Source of the DNA: Thermoanaerobaculia bacterium
GTDB lineage: Bacteria > Acidobacteriota > Thermoanaerobaculia > Multivoradales > Multivoraceae
Direction: 5' to 3'
Length of the DNA stretch: 64,000 bases
Assembly (NCBI GenBank): GCA_963666565.1
Contig: OY762911.1
Span: forward strand, 3,808,001 to 3,872,000
A model generated the notes under the pieces. It did no database searches. It saw only the letters and a list, made by a program, of their open reading frames with translations, and had not been told where the DNA came from. Each line of letters starts with the position of its first letter. Positions within the stretch are counted from its first letter, which is position 1. The translations under genes and the position numbers were made by a program. This document shows, one piece after another, positions 7,534 to 17,434 of this stretch.

Positions 7534-10194
7534 GTGCACAGCCGCGTCCTCATTCGAGCCTTCCTGATCGCAGCCGTCGCGCTCTTCCTCGTCGGCGACA
7601 CCGCGTCGGCGGCCAAGAAGAAGAAACGTCCGCCCTGCCAGGACGGCAGCCAGCCCGCGGTCGAGAACCTGCCGTCCCAGCACCGGCAATGGGCCGAGGA
7701 AGTCTCCCTGCTGCTCAGCGACGAGGAGCTCCACTCCTTCCTCTGCCTGTCCCAGGACTACCAGCGCGACGCCTTCATCGACGAGTTCTGGAAGGCGCGC
7801 GATCCCTACCCGGATACGGCCCGCAACGAGTTCCGGGAACACTGGAGCGAGCGGCTGGCCATGGTCCGCCAGTTGTTCGAGAACACGGACGACGAGCGGG
7901 CGCGCTACTACCTGCTGAACGGGCCGCCCGGCGTCCACGTGGAGATCTGCCCCAGGCGATCGGCGACGAGCATCGAGGCCTGGTTCTACGGTTTCGAGGA
8001 CTTGAGCCAGGTGATGGGCGCGATCTTCTCCCGCCGGCTCCGGCACGACCAGTACGCGGTCATCTTCTACCGGCGGCTCGGGGTTGGCCCCTGGCGGGCG
8101 TGGTACCCGAGCGAGGAACTCAGCCTCTCGGCCCTCCAGCCTGGAGGCCGCCTCGACCTGCCCGGCGCCGGAATCGGCGGTCTCCGCAGGGAGGACCTGG
8201 GCGCCGGCTGCAAGGAGGAGGAACTCGGATACGCGCTCCAGATCATCCAGATCCTGAACGACTGGGGCGGCATGCTCGGCTTCTTCTATGAGCGGATGAT
8301 CGGCGAGAAACTGGAGCCGATCGAGGCGCCGTCCGACGAGTGGCTGCGCACGTTCGAGTCCTACTCGACCGACCTGCCCTCGGGCGCGCCGCAACTGGCC
8401 GCCGCGCTCGATGTCTCCTTCCCGGGCCGCAAGGAGAGCCGGACCGTGGTCCAGACCCTGGTCCGGGTCGAGCCGGATGGCGCCGCCCTCGCCGACCTCG
8501 CCGGCGCCCGCTCCTATGCCTTCGAGCTGATCGGAGAGGTTCTGCGGGCGGACGCGGACACCGGCGCCGACCGCCTGTTCGAGAGCTTCCGCTACCGATT
8601 CGAGTTTCCGGTCGAGAGCGGCGAGGCGACCGGCGAAACGCAACCGGCCATGCCCCTCGTCGCCCAGCGCTACCTGCGCCCCGGCGAGTACAAGCTGATC
8701 CTGCGCGTAGACGACCTGAACGGCGACGCGGTGTGGCGCCACGCCGAACCGCTCGAAGTGCCGAGGGTTGAAGAGGCCGCCGGCTGGACGGAGGCCGACC
8801 TGGAACCGATCTTCGCCGAGGCGAACCGTTCGCTGGCCTCCGGCGAGCCGACGATCCGCATCATTCCGCCGGGCGGCGAACTCGTCTCCGGCTACCTCCG
8901 CTTCGACACGGCGGTCACCGGGCCGATCGACCGGGTTCGCTTCACGCTGGACGACAAGGACCTGTTCACGACGAAGCGGGCGCCCTACAGCGTCGACGTG
9001 CGGTTGGGCGAACTGCCCCGCAGCCAGATGCTGCGGGCGATCGCCTACGATGCGGAACGCAACCAGATCGCAAGCGACTCCTATCTGATCAACGGCTCGC
9101 CGCACCGCTTCGACGTTCGGATCATCGAGCCGATCCCCGGCAACGAGTACAGCGCCAGCGTCCGCCTGCGGGCGCAGGTCACCGTACCCGAGGGCCGCAG
9201 CCTGGAGGAGCTCCAGGTCTTCCGCAACGCCGACCAGGTGGCGACGCTCTACGAGGAACCCTTCACCGTCCCGGTCGAACTGCCCGGCGGTCGGGAACTC
9301 ACGATCATCCGGATCGTGGGCAAGCTGCTCGACGCCGAAGGACCGGCGGCCTTCGTCGAGGACACGGCGATCATCAACGGGCCGGCGACCCTGGAGGAGG
9401 TCCAGGTCGACTTCGTCGAGCTCTACACGACCGTCGACGACCGAGACCGGCGGCCGCTGCTCGACCTCGGCCGGGACGCCTTCCAGGTTCTGGAAGACGG
9501 CGTCGCCCAGGAGATCCTGCGCTTCGAGCGGGTCGACGACACGCCGCTCGTCGGCACCATCCTGCTCGATGTCTCGGCCTCGATGGAGGAACGGCTTGCG
9601 GAGTCCGTCAAGGCGGCCGCCGACTTCTTCCAGCAGGTGATCACCGAGCGCGACGAGCTCTCGATCGTCACGTTCAACGACCGGCCGCACCTTGCGTCGC
9701 CCTTCACCCGCGACCGGATCGAGTTCGCGAAGGGTCTGATGGGGCTTCGCGCCGAACGCGGCACGGCGCTCTACGACAGCCTCATCTTCACCCTGTACCA
9801 CCTGAACGGTCTGCCAGGCCAACGCGCCGTGCTCCTGCTCTCCGACGGCGTCGACGAACACAGCCGCTACGACCTAGACGACGCGCTGGAGTACGCCCGC
9901 CGTTCCGAGGCGGCCATCTACGCGATCGGCTTGGCGCTGCCGAAGAAGGCGAAGGAAAGCCCGAAGAAGGTGCTGGAACAGTTGGCGCTGGAGACCGGCG
10001 GCCGCGCCTTCTTCGTGGAGAACACAAGCGAACTCGCCGCCGTCTACGACCGGATCGGCCTCGAGCTGCGCTCGAAGTACTTCCTCGCCTACCAGTCGTC
10101 CAGCACCGCGCCCTCGGACGCGTTCCGCCGGGTCGAGGTCGTGGTCGACGAGAGAGGCGCCAGGGCGCGGACGATCCGCGGCTACTACCCGTAG
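7534..10194 (+). CDS. Secreted GWxTD-domain / Ig-like / VWA-domain protein
   Basis: Signal peptide; FIDEFWKARDPYPDTARNEF; C-terminal VWA with DVSASM MIDAS, GTALYD, LLSDG, ETGGRAF, ending GYYP. Confidence 0.85.
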   Translation: MHSRVLIRAFLIAAVALFLVGDTASAAKKKKRPPCQDGSQPAVENLPSQHRQWAEEVSLLLSDEELHSFLCLSQDYQRDAFIDEFWKARDPYPDTARNEFREHWSERLAMVRQLFENTDDERARYYLLNGPPGVHVEICPRRSATSIEAWFYGFEDLSQVMGAIFSRRLRHDQYAVIFYRRLGVGPWRAWYPSEELSLSALQPGGRLDLPGAGIGGLRREDLGAGCKEEELGYALQIIQILNDWGGMLGFFYERMIGEKLEPIEAPSDEWLRTFESYSTDLPSGAPQLAAALDVSFPGRKESRTVVQTLVRVEPDGAALADLAGARSYAFELIGEVLRADADTGADRLFESFRYRFEFPVESGEATGETQPAMPLVAQRYLRPGEYKLILRVDDLNGDAVWRHAEPLEVPRVEEAAGWTEADLEPIFAEANRSLASGEPTIRIIPPGGELVSGYLRFDTAVTGPIDRVRFTLDDKDLFTTKRAPYSVDVRLGELPRSQMLRAIAYDAERNQIASDSYLINGSPHRFDVRIIEPIPGNEYSASVRLRAQVTVPEGRSLEELQVFRNADQVATLYEEPFTVPVELPGGRELTIIRIVGKLLDAEGPAAFVEDTAIINGPATLEEVQVDFVELYTTVDDRDRRPLLDLGRDAFQVLEDGVAQEILRFERVDDTPLVGTILLDVSASMEERLAESVKAAADFFQQVITERDELSIVTFNDRPHLASPFTRDRIEFAKGLMGLRAERGTALYDSLIFTLYHLNGLPGQRAVLLLSDGVDEHSRYDLDDALEYARRSEAAIYAIGLALPKKAKESPKKVLEQLALETGGRAFFVENTSELAAVYDRIGLELRSKYFLAYQSSSTAPSDAFRRVEVVVDERGARARTIRGYYP

Positions 10195-10226
10195 ACTCGG
10201 GGGATCGTGCCGCGCGAGAGCCCGAG

Positions 10227-10814
10227 ATGAACCGGACCCGCTGCGCCTGGGTGAACGAAGACCCTCTCTATGTCGCCTACCACGACGAGGAGTGGGGCGT
10301 TCCCGTCCGCGACGACCGCCAGCTCTACGAGATGCTGGTTCTGGAGGGCGCGCAGGCCGGCCTGAGCTGGTACACGATCCTCAGGAAGCGCGAGACGTAC
10401 CGGCTCGCGTTCGATGGGTTCGATCCGGAACGCGTGGCGCGCTACGGCGACGAGAAGATCGCCTCGCTGCTCGAGGACCCGGGAATCGTCCGCAACCGCC
10501 TCAAGGTGCGTGCCGCCATCGGCAACGCCCGCGCGTGGCTGGACCTCCGCGAGTCGGGCGTGGACTTCTCGGACTTCCTGTGGGACTTCACCGGCGGCGA
10601 GCCCGTCGTCAACTCCTGGCGCCGGCTCGAAGACACTCCCGCCTCGACGCCGGCCTCCGAGGCCATGAGCAAGGCGCTCAAGGTACGTGGCTTCCGCTTC
10701 GTCGGCCCCACCATCTGCTACGCCTTCATGCAGGCGGTCGGGATGGTGAACGACCACGTGACGACGTGCTTCCGGTGGCAGGAGTGCGGAGACCTGGGCG
10801 AAGACGCGCGGTAG
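10227..10814 (+). CDS. tag: DNA-3-methyladenine glycosylase I
   Basis: RCAW, YHDEEWG, LEGAQAGLSW.TIL.KR, IVRNRLK, FVGPTICYAFMQAVGMVNDH. Confidence 0.96.
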   Translation: MNRTRCAWVNEDPLYVAYHDEEWGVPVRDDRQLYEMLVLEGAQAGLSWYTILRKRETYRLAFDGFDPERVARYGDEKIASLLEDPGIVRNRLKVRAAIGNARAWLDLRESGVDFSDFLWDFTGGEPVVNSWRRLEDTPASTPASEAMSKALKVRGFRFVGPTICYAFMQAVGMVNDHVTTCFRWQECGDLGEDAR

Positions 10815-10901
10815 CCGGCTTGGATTCCCCGGCGCAGGCGCCGGCCCTGTGGTTCGCGGCGGCCGTCAACAGGACGAGGATGCCGTCGATACCGAGCCAA
10901 T

Positions 10902-10985
10902 CCTGCCGCTGAGAGACTGCCGAATCTGCCGTTGAAAGACCGCCGTTTCTGCCGTTGAAAGACCGCCGTTTCTGCCGTTGACGGC
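10902..10985. repeat. Tandem 23-bp direct repeats (about 3.6 units) upstream of the ATPase gene
   Basis: cctgccgctgagagactgccgaa / tctgccgttgaaagaccgccgtt x2 / tctgccgttgacggc. Confidence 0.9.
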
Positions 10986-11005
10986 TTCCCGGAAGCCTCC
11001 GAAGC

Positions 11006-11014
11006 TGGTACATT
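11006..11014 (+). promoter_or_regulatory. Candidate extended -10 promoter (TGnTACATT)
   Basis: TGGTACATT lies 36 nt before the ATG at 11051, followed by a hairpin CGACCGT-N5-ACGGTCG at 11016-11034. Confidence 0.4.
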
Positions 11015-11050
11015 CCGACCGTCGTCAACGGTCGAAGCCATGGCGGACAG

Positions 11051-12301
11051 ATGACTTACCGGCACAGAATCCTGGAACGCGAACTGACCGCGCAGCTCGA
11101 GTCGATCGGAGCGGTCGTCCTGGAAGGAACCAGGGCCTGCGGCAAGACGACGACGGCTCGGCAGGTCGCGGCCAGCGAGGTCCTCCTCGACGTCGACGAC
11201 GAGGCGCGGCGGCTGGCCGGGCTCGAGCCGGCCCGCATCCTGATCGGCGAGACGCCGCGCCTGATCGACGAGTGGCAACTGGCGCCGGCCGTCTGGAATC
11301 ATGTCCGAAGGGCCATCGACGACCGTCGTCTTCCCGGACAGTTCATTCTCACCGGGTCGGCCGTGCCGGCCGACGACGCGATCCGCCACTCGGGCGCCGG
11401 GCGCCTGACCCGACTGCGCATGCGCCCGCTTTCCCTCTTCGAACTGAATCGTTCGTCCGGCGAAGTCTCTCTGGCGGGCCTGCTCGACGGGCGGCGCGCC
11501 GAAGCGGCCAGAACGACGTTGCCGCTCGATCGCCTGGCGGAACTGATCTGCGTCGGCGGGTGGCCGGCGAATCTGGGCCGAGCGATGAAAACCGCGCTGC
11601 GCGCGAACACGGACTACCTCGACGAAGTCCGCCGCCTGGACATCACGGCGCCCGACGGGAAGAACCGGGATCCGGTACGGGTGGGGATGCTGCTGCGCTC
11701 CCTGGCAAGGAACACCGCGACCCCCGCGACGGTCGCGACCATGGCCGCCGACACGGGCGCCGGCGAGGCCGCGATCAAGCCGCACACCGCAACGGAGTAC
11801 CTGGTCGCGCTGGAACGGATCATGCTGCTCGAAAACCAGCTCGCCTGGCCTACCCATCTGCGCTCGCGGTCGGTTCTCAGAACCACACCGATACGGCACT
11901 TGGCCGATCCGTCGCTCGCGGCGGCAGCGCTGCGCGCAACCCCTGCCCGGCTGGTCCGGGATCTCGAATTCCTGGGTCTGCTCTTCGAGTCCATGGTCGT
12001 GCGCGACCTGCGCGTCTACGCCCAGGCAACCGACGCGGAGGTGTTCCACTACCGGGAGAAGAGCGGCCTCGAGGTCGACGCAATCGTCCAGGCCAACGAC
12101 GGCAGCTGGGCGGCCTTCGAGGTCAAGCTGGGCGAAGGAAGAACGAACCAGGCCGCCCGAAATCTCCTGAGGCTCGCGGCGAAGGTGGACCAGGATCGCA
12201 TGGGGCCGCCCGCCGCGCTGGGCGTGATCACGAGCAGCGGTTACGGCTACACCCGCGAAGACGGGGTGGCAGTGATCCCGGTAGGAGCGCTGGGTCCGTG
12301 A
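11051..12301 (+). CDS. ATP-binding protein, AAA_14 + DUF4143 with C-terminal PD-(D/E)xK-like motif
   Basis: Walker A GTRACGKTT, LIDEWQ, FILTGS, GGWP, DPSLAAA, GLLFES, EVDAIV...FEVK. Confidence 0.92.
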   Translation: MTYRHRILERELTAQLESIGAVVLEGTRACGKTTTARQVAASEVLLDVDDEARRLAGLEPARILIGETPRLIDEWQLAPAVWNHVRRAIDDRRLPGQFILTGSAVPADDAIRHSGAGRLTRLRMRPLSLFELNRSSGEVSLAGLLDGRRAEAARTTLPLDRLAELICVGGWPANLGRAMKTALRANTDYLDEVRRLDITAPDGKNRDPVRVGMLLRSLARNTATPATVATMAADTGAGEAAIKPHTATEYLVALERIMLLENQLAWPTHLRSRSVLRTTPIRHLADPSLAAAALRATPARLVRDLEFLGLLFESMVVRDLRVYAQATDAEVFHYREKSGLEVDAIVQANDGSWAAFEVKLGEGRTNQAARNLLRLAAKVDQDRMGPPAALGVITSSGYGYTREDGVAVIPVGALGP

Positions 12302-12327
12302 CCGCCGCGGCGTGGCTGGATCCGCCG

Positions 12328-13581
12328 ATGACCGTCCGTTTCGCCGCCCCGGCACTGCTGTTGGCGGCCGCGGCGGTCCATGCCTCCGACTGGCCGCAGT
12401 TCCGGGGGCCGACCGGGCAGGGGCATGCGCCGGACGGCCCGGTGCCGTTGACCTGGAGCGAGACGGAGAACGTCGCCTGGAAGGCGCCGGTACCGGGACG
12501 GGGCTGGTCTTCGCCGGTGATCGCCGACGGCCTGGTGTGGCTGACGACGGCGGTTACCGACCGCGAGGCCGGCACATCGCTGCGACTGCTGGCTTACGAC
12601 GCGGGCCGGGGCGAGGCCGCGATGGATGTCGAGGTCTTTGCCATTTCCGACACCACTTTGCTCAACCAGAAGAACAGCTTCGCCTCGCCGACGCCGGCGA
12701 TCGACCCGGGCGGCCAGCGGGTCTACGTCCACTTCGGGGCCCAGGGCACGGCGGCGGTCGCCGCGGGCGGCGAGTCGGCCGGCGAAGTTCTCTGGCGAAC
12801 GCGCTTTCCCTACACGTCGCAGCACGGGAACGGCGGTTCGCCCATTCTCCACGACGGGTTGCTGATCGTGAGCATCGACGGCTACGACACCGCGTACCTC
12901 GTCGCGGTCGATGCCGCCACCGGCAAGGAACGCTGGCGGTCGGTGCGGCAGGCGCCGATCTCGCAGGCCTACTCCACGCCGCTCACAATCCGGGTCGAGA
13001 ATGGCGAGCAGGCGGAGCAGATCGTCAACGTCAGCGCCTTCCGCGCCTCGGCGCACGAGCCGGCGACCGGCCGCGAGATCTGGCGGGTCGAGTACCCGGG
13101 CGGCTTCTCCAACGTCTCCCGACCCGTGTACGGCCACGGGCTCGTCTACCTCTCGACCGGCTTCAACGAACCGCTCCTTCTCGCCGTCCGCCCCACCGGC
13201 ACGGGCGACGTCACGAACTCGGAAGTCGCCTGGCGGTTGCGCCGCGGAGCGCCGCTCACCGTGTCGCCGCTTCTCGTCGGCGACGCGCTCTACACGGTTA
13301 CCGACAACGGGATCACCACCTGCATCGACGCGCTCACCGGCGAGATCCGCTGGCAGCACCGGCTCGGCGGCAACCACTCCGCCTCGCCGATCCATGCCGG
13401 CGGCCGGATCTACTTTCAGAACGAGGAGGGCGTCACGACCGTCATCGCGCCCGACGCCGAGTTCGAGCAACTCGCCCGCAACGAACTCGACGGCGCAACC
13501 CTCGCCTCGATAGCCGTCTCAGGCGGAGCGTTCTTCATCCGCACGGGCTCGCACCTCTACCGGGTCGAGCAGCCGCCGTAA
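12328..13581 (+). CDS. PQQ-like beta-propeller repeat protein (BamB-like)
   Basis: Signal peptide, DWPQFRGP.GQG, WSETENVAWK..VPG.GWSSPVI, YSTP, SASPI. Confidence 0.88.
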   Translation: MTVRFAAPALLLAAAAVHASDWPQFRGPTGQGHAPDGPVPLTWSETENVAWKAPVPGRGWSSPVIADGLVWLTTAVTDREAGTSLRLLAYDAGRGEAAMDVEVFAISDTTLLNQKNSFASPTPAIDPGGQRVYVHFGAQGTAAVAAGGESAGEVLWRTRFPYTSQHGNGGSPILHDGLLIVSIDGYDTAYLVAVDAATGKERWRSVRQAPISQAYSTPLTIRVENGEQAEQIVNVSAFRASAHEPATGREIWRVEYPGGFSNVSRPVYGHGLVYLSTGFNEPLLLAVRPTGTGDVTNSEVAWRLRRGAPLTVSPLLVGDALYTVTDNGITTCIDALTGEIRWQHRLGGNHSASPIHAGGRIYFQNEEGVTTVIAPDAEFEQLARNELDGATLASIAVSGGAFFIRTGSHLYRVEQPP

Positions 13582-13807
13582 CCTCATGCTGGTGCTGTAA
13601 CCTCCCGCTGATGCCGAAGACGACCTCTTCACGATCCAACACGAGCCATCGGGCGGACGGCGAGCAGATTCCCGAGGCCCGTCCTGGCCCGGCTAAGCAG
13701 CTTCCCGAAAGGAACCGAACGACATTCGGGGCGGCGCCGGACGCCACGGTTCCCAGCCGGACCGAATGGGACAGGCGGGAAGCACGGCTGTGGCGAAGGA
13801 GCCCGAG

Positions 13808-15226
13808 ATGAAGCAGGTAACTTCCTGTGTGCTTGGTCTCCTGCTCGCCGCGGCGCTCCTCGCCCAGACGGCGGAGGTCGCCGGCCACTGGGAGGGCGCG
13901 ATCGAGGCGCCGACCGATTCCCTCGTCATCATGGTCGACCTGGAGGAGGTCGACGGCGCCTGGTCGGGGACGATCGACATTCCCGCCCAGGGCGCCAACG
14001 GCCTGCCGCTGTCGGACATCGGCGTGGACCTGGACAGCGGCGCGGTCCGCTTCTCGATGAGCGGCGTCCCCGGCGAGCCGACCTTCGAGGGCACGCTCGC
14101 CGGCGCCGAGATCGCCGGCGAGTTCCGCCAGGGTCCGGCCCGGCTCCCCTTCAGGCTCGGCCGCGACGCCGTGGAAGTCGAGGCGCCCCCGCGACCGCAG
14201 GAGCCGCAGCCGCCCTTCCCCTACGACGAGGAGGAAGTCGAGTACGCGAACGGCGACGTCACGATCGCCGGCACCCTGACCCTGCCGCCGGGCGCTGGCA
14301 AGGTCCCGGCGGCGCTCCTGATCTCTGGCAGCGGCGCCCTGAACCGCGATCTCGAGCTCGCGGGCCACAAACCCTTCCTCGTGCTGGCAGACCACCTGAC
14401 CCGGCTCGGCATCGCCGTACTGCGGGTCGACGACCGCGGCATCGGCGGCTCCACCGGCAGCACATCGCAGTCGACATCCCGGGACAAGGCGAACGACGTT
14501 CTCGTTGGCGTGCGCTTCCTGCGCGGTCACGACCGGATCGACTCGGAGCGCGTGGGTCTCATCGGCATTTCAGAAGGAGGGCTGGTGGCCCCGCTGGCGC
14601 TCAACCGGGTCGAACCGGGCACGATCGCGTACGCCGTGCTGCTGGCCGGACCGGGGGTGCCCGGCGGCGACCTGCTGCGCCAGCAGCTCCGACGGATCGC
14701 GGCGGCGAACGGCGCCCCCGCGCAGATGATCGAGGAACTCGCTGCGCTTCAGGATCGGGCGCTCGAGATCATCGGTTCCGGGATGCCGCCACAGGAGGCG
14801 GAAGCCGCCCTACGGGAGGTCGTCATTGACCAGTTGGCCGCATCGCCCGAGACGGCGAAACTGAGCGGCGAGGCGCTGGAAACCGCCGTGTCCGCCGCAG
14901 TCGAATCGACCCTCAGTCCCTGGTTCCGGTTCTTCATCCGCTACGACCCGCGCCCCGCCCTGGGAGGGCTCGCCGTGCCGACCCTCGCCCTCTTCGGCGG
15001 CAAGGACACCCAGGTGGACGCCGATCAGAACCAGACGGCGATCGAGGCCGCGATCGCGCCTTCCGGCAACCCGGACGTGATAATCCGGCGCTTCCCCGAC
15101 CTGAACCACCTCTTCCAGACCGCCGGCACCGGCTCGCCGGCGGAGTACGCGCTGATAGAGGAGACGATGGCGCCCGAAGTCCTCGGCCTGATCGGCGAGT
15201 GGATCCTGGAGCGCTTCGGCGACTGA
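13808..15226 (+). CDS. Secreted alpha/beta hydrolase (S9/S15-like)
   Basis: RBS AAGGAG; signal peptide; RPQEP.PPFPY, ISGSG..NRD, DDRGIGGS, GISEGG nucleophile, KDTQV, LNHLFQ. Confidence 0.88.
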   Translation: MKQVTSCVLGLLLAAALLAQTAEVAGHWEGAIEAPTDSLVIMVDLEEVDGAWSGTIDIPAQGANGLPLSDIGVDLDSGAVRFSMSGVPGEPTFEGTLAGAEIAGEFRQGPARLPFRLGRDAVEVEAPPRPQEPQPPFPYDEEEVEYANGDVTIAGTLTLPPGAGKVPAALLISGSGALNRDLELAGHKPFLVLADHLTRLGIAVLRVDDRGIGGSTGSTSQSTSRDKANDVLVGVRFLRGHDRIDSERVGLIGISEGGLVAPLALNRVEPGTIAYAVLLAGPGVPGGDLLRQQLRRIAAANGAPAQMIEELAALQDRALEIIGSGMPPQEAEAALREVVIDQLAASPETAKLSGEALETAVSAAVESTLSPWFRFFIRYDPRPALGGLAVPTLALFGGKDTQVDADQNQTAIEAAIAPSGNPDVIIRRFPDLNHLFQTAGTGSPAEYALIEETMAPEVLGLIGEWILERFGD

Positions 15227-15412
15227 AGGCCACACGAGCGCGCCGTACCCGCGCTCGCGGCGCCGGGACGGTTCCGCGGCCGGCGCGGTCGCTTCCATTA
15301 GACTCCCTCCCCGTTGGCCGGCGCACAGCGCTTGCCGACTCGAGGGCTTCCCGACTCGAACCGTGATCGACCCGACCGCCGGCAGCGCAGAACGACGACA
15401 AGGAACGTCCAG

Positions 15413-15736
15413 ATGCCCAGGATCACCTACATCGATCAGGCCGGCAGCGAGCGCGTGGTGGACGCGCCGCTCGGCGGCACGGTGATGGAGAGCGCCGTCG
15501 ACAACGACGTGGACGGGATCGTCGCCGCCTGCGGCGGCTCCTGCTCCTGCAGCACCTGCCACGTCTACGTGGACGAAGAATGGATCGAGGCGGTCGGCCC
15601 CCGGCACGACGATGAGGAGTACACCCTCGAGTTCGGGATCGACGTGCGGCCGACCAGCCGGCTGAGCTGCCAGATCGAGGTGACCGAGGAACTCGACGGC
15701 CTGGTCGTCCATCTGCCCGCCGAACAGGCCCAGTAG
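15413..15736 (+). CDS. 2Fe-2S ferredoxin, adrenodoxin/putidaredoxin type
   Basis: ACGGSCSCSTCHVYV...SRLSCQI. Confidence 0.93.
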   Translation: MPRITYIDQAGSERVVDAPLGGTVMESAVDNDVDGIVAACGGSCSCSTCHVYVDEEWIEAVGPRHDDEEYTLEFGIDVRPTSRLSCQIEVTEELDGLVVHLPAEQAQ

Positions 15737-15791
15737 GCGCTCCGGCCGCACCGCCCGACAACCGCCGCCGCTCCCAAGGAGACAGCACCCC

Positions 15792-16460
15792 ATGAGCCTC
15801 GAACTCACCTTTCTCGGTCACTCCGGCTTCCTGATGAGCGACGGGGAACGCACGCTCGCCATCGACCCCTTTCTCACCGGCAACCCGGTGGCGACGATGG
15901 AGGCCGCGGACGTCGAGTGCGACGCCATCGCCCTGACCCACGGCCATGCCGATCATTTCGGCGACACCCTGGCCATCGCCCAGGCCAACAACGCGAACGT
16001 GATCGCCGCGTTCGAGATGTGCAACTACCTGCAGGAACAGGGGCACGACAACGTGAACCCGGGTAATCCGGGGGGCCGGATCGAAACGGAGTTCGGCTGG
16101 GTCGCCTTCACTCACGCCTTCCATTCGTCGTCATACGAAGGCCGCTACATGGGGATGCCGTGCGGACTCGTCGTCCACATGGGCGGAAAGACCGTGTACC
16201 ACTGCGGCGACACGGGGCTCTTCGGCGACATGAAGCTGATCGGCGAGATCTACCGGCCGGACGCCGCCTGCGTGCCGATCGGCGATCGCTTCACGATGGG
16301 GCCGGAGCTGGCGACGAAGGCGGCCGAATCGATCGGCGCGCCGGTGGCGATCCCGGTCCACTACGACACCTGGCCGCCGATCGCGCAGGATCCGGCCGAC
16401 TTCGCGCCCGCCGGCGTCGACGTCAAGGTGATGGCGCCGGGCGATACGCTCGCCGTCTGA
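15792..16460 (+). CDS. Metal-dependent hydrolase, metallo-beta-lactamase fold (UPF0173)
   Basis: LGHSGF, IDPFLTGNP, THGHADH, HSSS, GDTGLF, PIGDRFTMG, PVHYDT. Confidence 0.92.
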   Translation: MSLELTFLGHSGFLMSDGERTLAIDPFLTGNPVATMEAADVECDAIALTHGHADHFGDTLAIAQANNANVIAAFEMCNYLQEQGHDNVNPGNPGGRIETEFGWVAFTHAFHSSSYEGRYMGMPCGLVVHMGGKTVYHCGDTGLFGDMKLIGEIYRPDAACVPIGDRFTMGPELATKAAESIGAPVAIPVHYDTWPPIAQDPADFAPAGVDVKVMAPGDTLAV

Positions 16461-16482
16461 CCGCGGCGGCTTCCCGCCGCGG
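16461..16482 (+). terminator. GC-rich hairpin right after the stop codon; possible terminator or stabiliser
   Basis: CCGCGGCGG-CTTC-CCGCCGCGG; no U-tract. Confidence 0.35.
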
Positions 16483-16542
16483 CAATCGTGAACCGGCCGC
16501 AACAAGCTCCGCGCCGCTCCGTACCACGAAGCTGACGACGCC

Positions 16543-17397
16543 ATGCTCCTGTTCGACCATGTCAGCAAGCGTTTCGGCGACCTGCGCGCGGTCGACGACC
16601 TGTCTTTCGAGTTGGAAGCCGGCGAGGTGTTCGGGCTGCTGGGGCCGAACGGCGCCGGCAAGACGACCGCGATCAACATGGCCGTCGGTTTGCTCGAACC
16701 GGACGAAGGAGTCGTCCGCTTCGCCGACCAGACCTTCGACCGGGATCCGCGCGAGGCGGAGAATCGCAGGTCGCTGGGCCTGGCGCCGCAGTCCATCGCT
16801 CTCTACGAGGAACTCACGGCCACGGACAACCTGCGGTTCTTCGGTCGCCTGCACGGCCTTGGAGGGTCCGACCTCGACGAGCGCATCGGGGCCTGCCTCG
16901 ACTTCGCCGACCTTGAAGACGTAGCGAAGAAGGCCGTCTCGAAGTTCTCCGGCGGCATGAAGCGGCGGCTCAATCTCGCGGTCGCCATCGTTCACGACCC
17001 GGACGTCATCCTGCTCGACGAGCCGACGGTCGGCGTCGATCCGCAGTCGAGGAACGCGATCTTCGACCGCGTCGAGCAGCTTCGGGACGACGGCAAGCAG
17101 ATCGTCTACACCACCCACTACATGGAAGAGGCGCAGCGCCTCTGCGACCGGGTCGCGATCCTCGACCGGGGACGGCTGATGGCTCTCGACACGGTGCCGG
17201 CGCTGATCGCGGCCCACGGCGGCCCCGGCAACCTGGTGGTTCACGGGAAAGACGGCGAGCAACGCCACGAGACGATGGACCCTCTGGCCACGCTCGCCCA
17301 ACTCCAGGACCGACAGACCGTCGACCACTTCCAGTACCTGCCGCCGGATCTCGAGACCGTGTTCCTGAACCTCACGGGCCGCGCGCTCCGGGACTGA
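16543..17397 (+). CDS. ABC-2 type exporter ATP-binding subunit
   Basis: GPNGAGKTT, FSGGMKRRL, LLDEPTVGVDPQSR, TTHYMEEA. Confidence 0.95.
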   Translation: MLLFDHVSKRFGDLRAVDDLSFELEAGEVFGLLGPNGAGKTTAINMAVGLLEPDEGVVRFADQTFDRDPREAENRRSLGLAPQSIALYEELTATDNLRFFGRLHGLGGSDLDERIGACLDFADLEDVAKKAVSKFSGGMKRRLNLAVAIVHDPDVILLDEPTVGVDPQSRNAIFDRVEQLRDDGKQIVYTTHYMEEAQRLCDRVAILDRGRLMALDTVPALIAAHGGPGNLVVHGKDGEQRHETMDPLATLAQLQDRQTVDHFQYLPPDLETVFLNLTGRALRD

Positions 17398-17434
17398 GCG
17401 AGTTTCGAATGGATCGACAACCGGGGAGCAGCCC

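Noticed and set aside
10902-10985. Plasmid iterons or a mini-CRISPR
   Set aside because: No Rep gene, no AT-rich unwinding region and no spacers; the context is chromosomal.
10978-13581. 867-aa ORF as one fusion protein
   Set aside because: The N-terminal half is an off-frame read through the ATPase gene; the real propeller protein starts at 12328 with a signal peptide.
13582-13807. Structured RNA or cobalamin riboswitch in the intergenic gap
   Set aside because: Only scattered GCCAC and GGGAAG words, without the ordered B12-box architecture.
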